A DNA stretch of 64,000 bases, taken from the NCBI GenBank assembly GCA_035084275.1, contig CM068756.1, positions 14,322,001-14,386,000 of the forward strand, in the 5' to 3' direction. This document shows, one piece after another, positions 60,586 through 64,000 of this stretch (positions are counted from its first letter, which is position 1; each line of letters opens with the position of its first letter). The translations under genes were made by a program, and so were the position numbers. Below the pieces are notes generated by a model, which did not search any database, was not told where the DNA came from, and worked only from the letters and a program-made list of their open reading frames with translations. The stretch comes from Hydrolagus colliei (Eukaryota).

Positions 60586-61499
60586 ATTGGAGGGTTAAAC
60601 TTTAAATCCTAGAAGTTCCGCTCAAAACGTTCAACCGGAATATGATTGGCGAACTGTGCATAACCTCGTTGTTGCTATTATGAGTAGGAATAATCCCTGG
60701 GTTGAGCAATAGGCCTTTAGTTGCCTTTACTTGGCATTTAGGGCTGATCAATGTTGAGTGCCTGAGTTATCGAGATTGTTCAATGGAGAGAAGAATAAAT
60801 GGTTATCTTCTTGGTGTTTTCAGAATCTCAAAGTGTCAGTTATGTCGAAACCAAAATATCCAAACGGCTGAAGCAGAATCCAGACTGTACAGTAGATCGG
60901 TCTGACCACACCGTGATTGCTAATGGATAGTGATCGATGTTGTCACGGTGACATAATTGGACTGCCCAAGCGGCAATGAAGAGGAAAGCAATTTTGTATT
61001 GTATCTTTTATCTTTTGCCCACAAATATACAGCCATTTCTGTGCTTTGAGATGTCGATAAGATGTGAAAAGTGCTATCTATATCAAATGCGAGGATTCTT
61101 ATTCTTATTAAAGCAATGAGGATGATTCCCAGGATGACAGGAATGCATTTTAAGATGTAATAAAATTATGAATAGGTTTGGGAAAATTAAACCCAGGTCA
61201 ATAGTTCAAGTTATAACAAAAGAGCAGAATAAGTGTAGGAAGGTGGAGAGTTGCACGGGCAATATATGGACACCAGGTTTTTTTCATCACAGTTAAAATA
61301 AAGAATTGGAACAATTGGGAAGGAAAGTGGGTTAAGATCATGAAGCCACCTCAATTGAAACAAAGTTTGAGACTGTGATGGGGACAGGGTCGGGTGGATT
61401 TTTTTTTAAAAAAGGTTTGTGTTAAACAGACTCTATTACCAACAGAACTCACACAGCTACAGCAGCACCTAGTGTACTAAGAAAGCATATCTGTTGTTA

Positions 61500-61735
61500 T
61501 GTGTTGCAGGGCGAAACCTTGGGCAAGTTTCCTTACTCCACATGCTTAATAATAAAAAACAATAATATAATTACTTATTTTCAATCCCCGACTGTCTGTG
61601 GTCCGGGACGCTGCTGTACGCAATTGGCTGCAGTGATTCGTCCGCAAATATACAAACAATCCACTTTACAGTATACTCTGTGAAGCGCTTTGAGGCGTCG
61701 ATACGACGCTATATCAAATGCAAGGATTATTCTTA
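61500..61735 (+). mobile_element. 5'-truncated tRNA-derived SINE inserted in block B
   Basis: gggcgaaaccttgggcaagtttccttactccac...gcgctttgag...ctatatcaaatgcaaggattatt. Confidence 0.8.
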
Positions 61736-62477
61736 TTGTGACATCAACAGTGAAATATACTCCACAGTCGGTAAAATGACTTTAATGCGAAAAAAATAGC
61801 GTAATTCTTACGCTATTCTTGGGGAAATAAATCATTAACCCGCACTCTGTATATTACCTGATAGTGCCAGACGCTTGCAAAGGATTTATCCTTTGACATT
61901 TGCAAAAGCAGATGTACGGTTGGGGTTTTAACACTGAGTTGCTTCACGTCGGTTTATTTTTAGCAGATATGAGAATATTTCAACACCCGCGCTTTAAAGT
62001 TTTCACTACATTTGACTATTGCGAAACATATTGTTGACCTGGTTTCAGGTCAGCCCTTACCAAGTGCTGTTTCATTAACACTGTAGAGATGGAGTGACGA
62101 GATGAGACCGGTTTATACAACTTGCGTTTTATTCAAAGCCTGACTGAGTGCGCTACACAGCAGACCCTCTGATTGTAGCAGCTAAACAAGCAATGTTTTA
62201 AACAAATAATTAAGTATGGCTCTATCTGATTGTAAGCGACAATTTCCAAGAACTTTAAGGAGAGCGTATAATGTGATAAACACATACAGGCTATTGTGGT
62301 TTAAACAGCTGTAAATTGAAAAACCTCTTAGGATTAATGTGCACGTTATTCGATATGTTGGAAAATCACATATAGTGTACACCGATATCAGTTTCTATCC
62401 CTGATGCATTATTTAGTTCCTGGTTCTCTGAGATAAGCGGCGGCTGCTTCTCGGTGATGTCTCACATGCAGCTCTGC

Positions 62478-62552
62478 TTACTCTGTATTATTAACGGGAG
62501 TCCAATTCAACCAGCCGTGAGCCACCGCCTCGTTCTCTGCTCCGGGTATCAT
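62478..62552 (-). CDS. Terminal exon of a predicted gene 4 (MIPGAENEAVAHGWLNWTPVNNTE*); upstream exons lie beyond 64000
   Basis: gttttacag acceptor; paralogous to the gene 3 terminal exon; AATAAA (minus) at 62128-62133. 63900-64000 aligns to about 31270-31370, just before the gene 3 TM exon. Confidence 0.55.
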   Translation of the reverse strand: MIPGAENEAVAHGWLNWTPVNNTE

Positions 62553-64000
62553 CTGTAAAACATAACACATTGGTATTTCTAGAACATCTTTCATGTCGGG
62601 AGCACATCCTCCGGCACCGATAGATTGTTGTTTTCACTGTTCTGAAGCGGGCTGTGAGGGACATGAGAAGGAAAGCTCTTTCCAGTTTCTGATGCGAATG
62701 AGAAACAATTTTCCTTTTATTCTTATTATATGAAAATCAACTTGTTTCTCATTCGCATCAGGAACTGAAAATATTTCCCTCTCATTTTCACACATTATCA
62801 TCCACACATAGGTCTCTTTGAAATGAGTTGTTTAGATTTCTTTTTTTCATAATTTTAAACAAAGAAAAACTGGAAAAACGCAAAATTTCGGTCTGGGGTA
62901 CCAGCCTGAAATAAAGGCACCCACTCTTCTCACTGGCACAGTTGCTTCTGGTTTCTGCGAGGGCTTTTGAAAGAAATTCAATAAATCAAGTAATATTAAT
63001 TTTTGATGATATATTGCTTAGACCAAATGAAGAGCGTTTCGAAGCTAGCAAGCTGCCAGTCTGTCTTTTTTTCTAAAAATACATAAAGTTGTCTGTTTGC
63101 ATCAGATTGATTTTATTATACTCTAATCTAAACCCAGATGCAGAGAGTGGCAGAAATCAGACAATCACCAATTGATCACCACTCTCATTCCTTCTGCCTT
63201 TCCTGTGCCTGCTTCAATCAACGTCGTTGATGTAACAAGCGAGAGAATAGATGATTGAGGGTATATAATATAAAACTAACAAGGTAATATTAAACTTTTA
63301 TCAAGTGATGTGGAACTGTTCCTTTGGAACAAAGACATTTGGGTGTCGACCTGAGGAGATCTTTAGAATCGTGAGGTTAGCAATCCCATGTCGGGGGTAA
63401 TGGTTGAGACAAATGCACATTAGCTTTGTAAAGGCTACTCGATATAACATCTAAAATGAGTGAAATGCTAGAGTGTAAGGAAGAGGTAGATACATCTCAA
63501 AATGCATCTCTTTGACCTCAGTTTAAGTCGTCCTTCCTCTCCCCACAACTCAATCCCACCGCGGGCTGGGGAGCTGGGCCGGTAGTGAGATGTGTTTGGG
63601 GGATTGCCTCCAGACTTGAATGACGCTCGAAATATATATATTTGTGGTGCATTGTTAAATGTCGCCATAAGTTAAAATAACCTCTTTGACCCAAATTCAG
63701 AGTTCTACAGCTGTGTTTCTATCGATAACTGATACTTCCCTCCATTTATATGAACAATCTGCATTTGGGTTCAATTTGGGGCACTATTTCCAAATTTGCC
63801 AACGAGACAAAAAACGAACCTCAGAGTGAAGCGGGTTGTAATTCCATTGAAGAGACATTGTGGAAACCACAATGGTCAATTCTGTGGTTGTATCACAACC
63901 GATTTCAGAAATTCGTTGCTTGCAAATTTCCGATTAAATACGCAGCTAAACACACGCAGAGGGGCGAGTGTGTGAGGACATTGGCATTTGTGAATCGATC

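Overview
Vertebrate genomic DNA, most likely a cartilaginous fish (inferred from Deu-domain SINEs, shark-type Penelope ends and abundant L2/CR1 LINEs). Two main things are present. (1) A tandem minus-strand cluster of non-rearranging immune-type receptor genes built as leader / V domain with germline-fused J-like motif / C1-set domain / TM / Tyr-motif tail. Gene 1 (1635-4124) runs off the left edge. Gene 2 (14081-20211) and gene 3 (29558-35012) look complete. Only the last exon of a gene 4 (62478-62552) is in the window, and a gutted relic gene lies at 6354-7620. The V domains align to NKp30 at the C-terminal end. The gene 2 tail is SIRP-alpha-like and is built from a tandemly duplicated 111-nt two-tyrosine exon. 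(2) A nested TE complex at 40.8-60.6 kb: two oppositely oriented endogenous retroviruses (tRNA-Ser PBS, two RNase H-type domains, gag UGA-CGG in frame with pro, env remnant) are reciprocal LTR chimeras. Swapped target-site duplications, a split hAT transposase, a split L2 and a split locus repeat all rejoin if the segment between the proviruses is inverted back. All exon and junction coordinates were read by hand. Family assignments rest on remembered motifs, not database searches.
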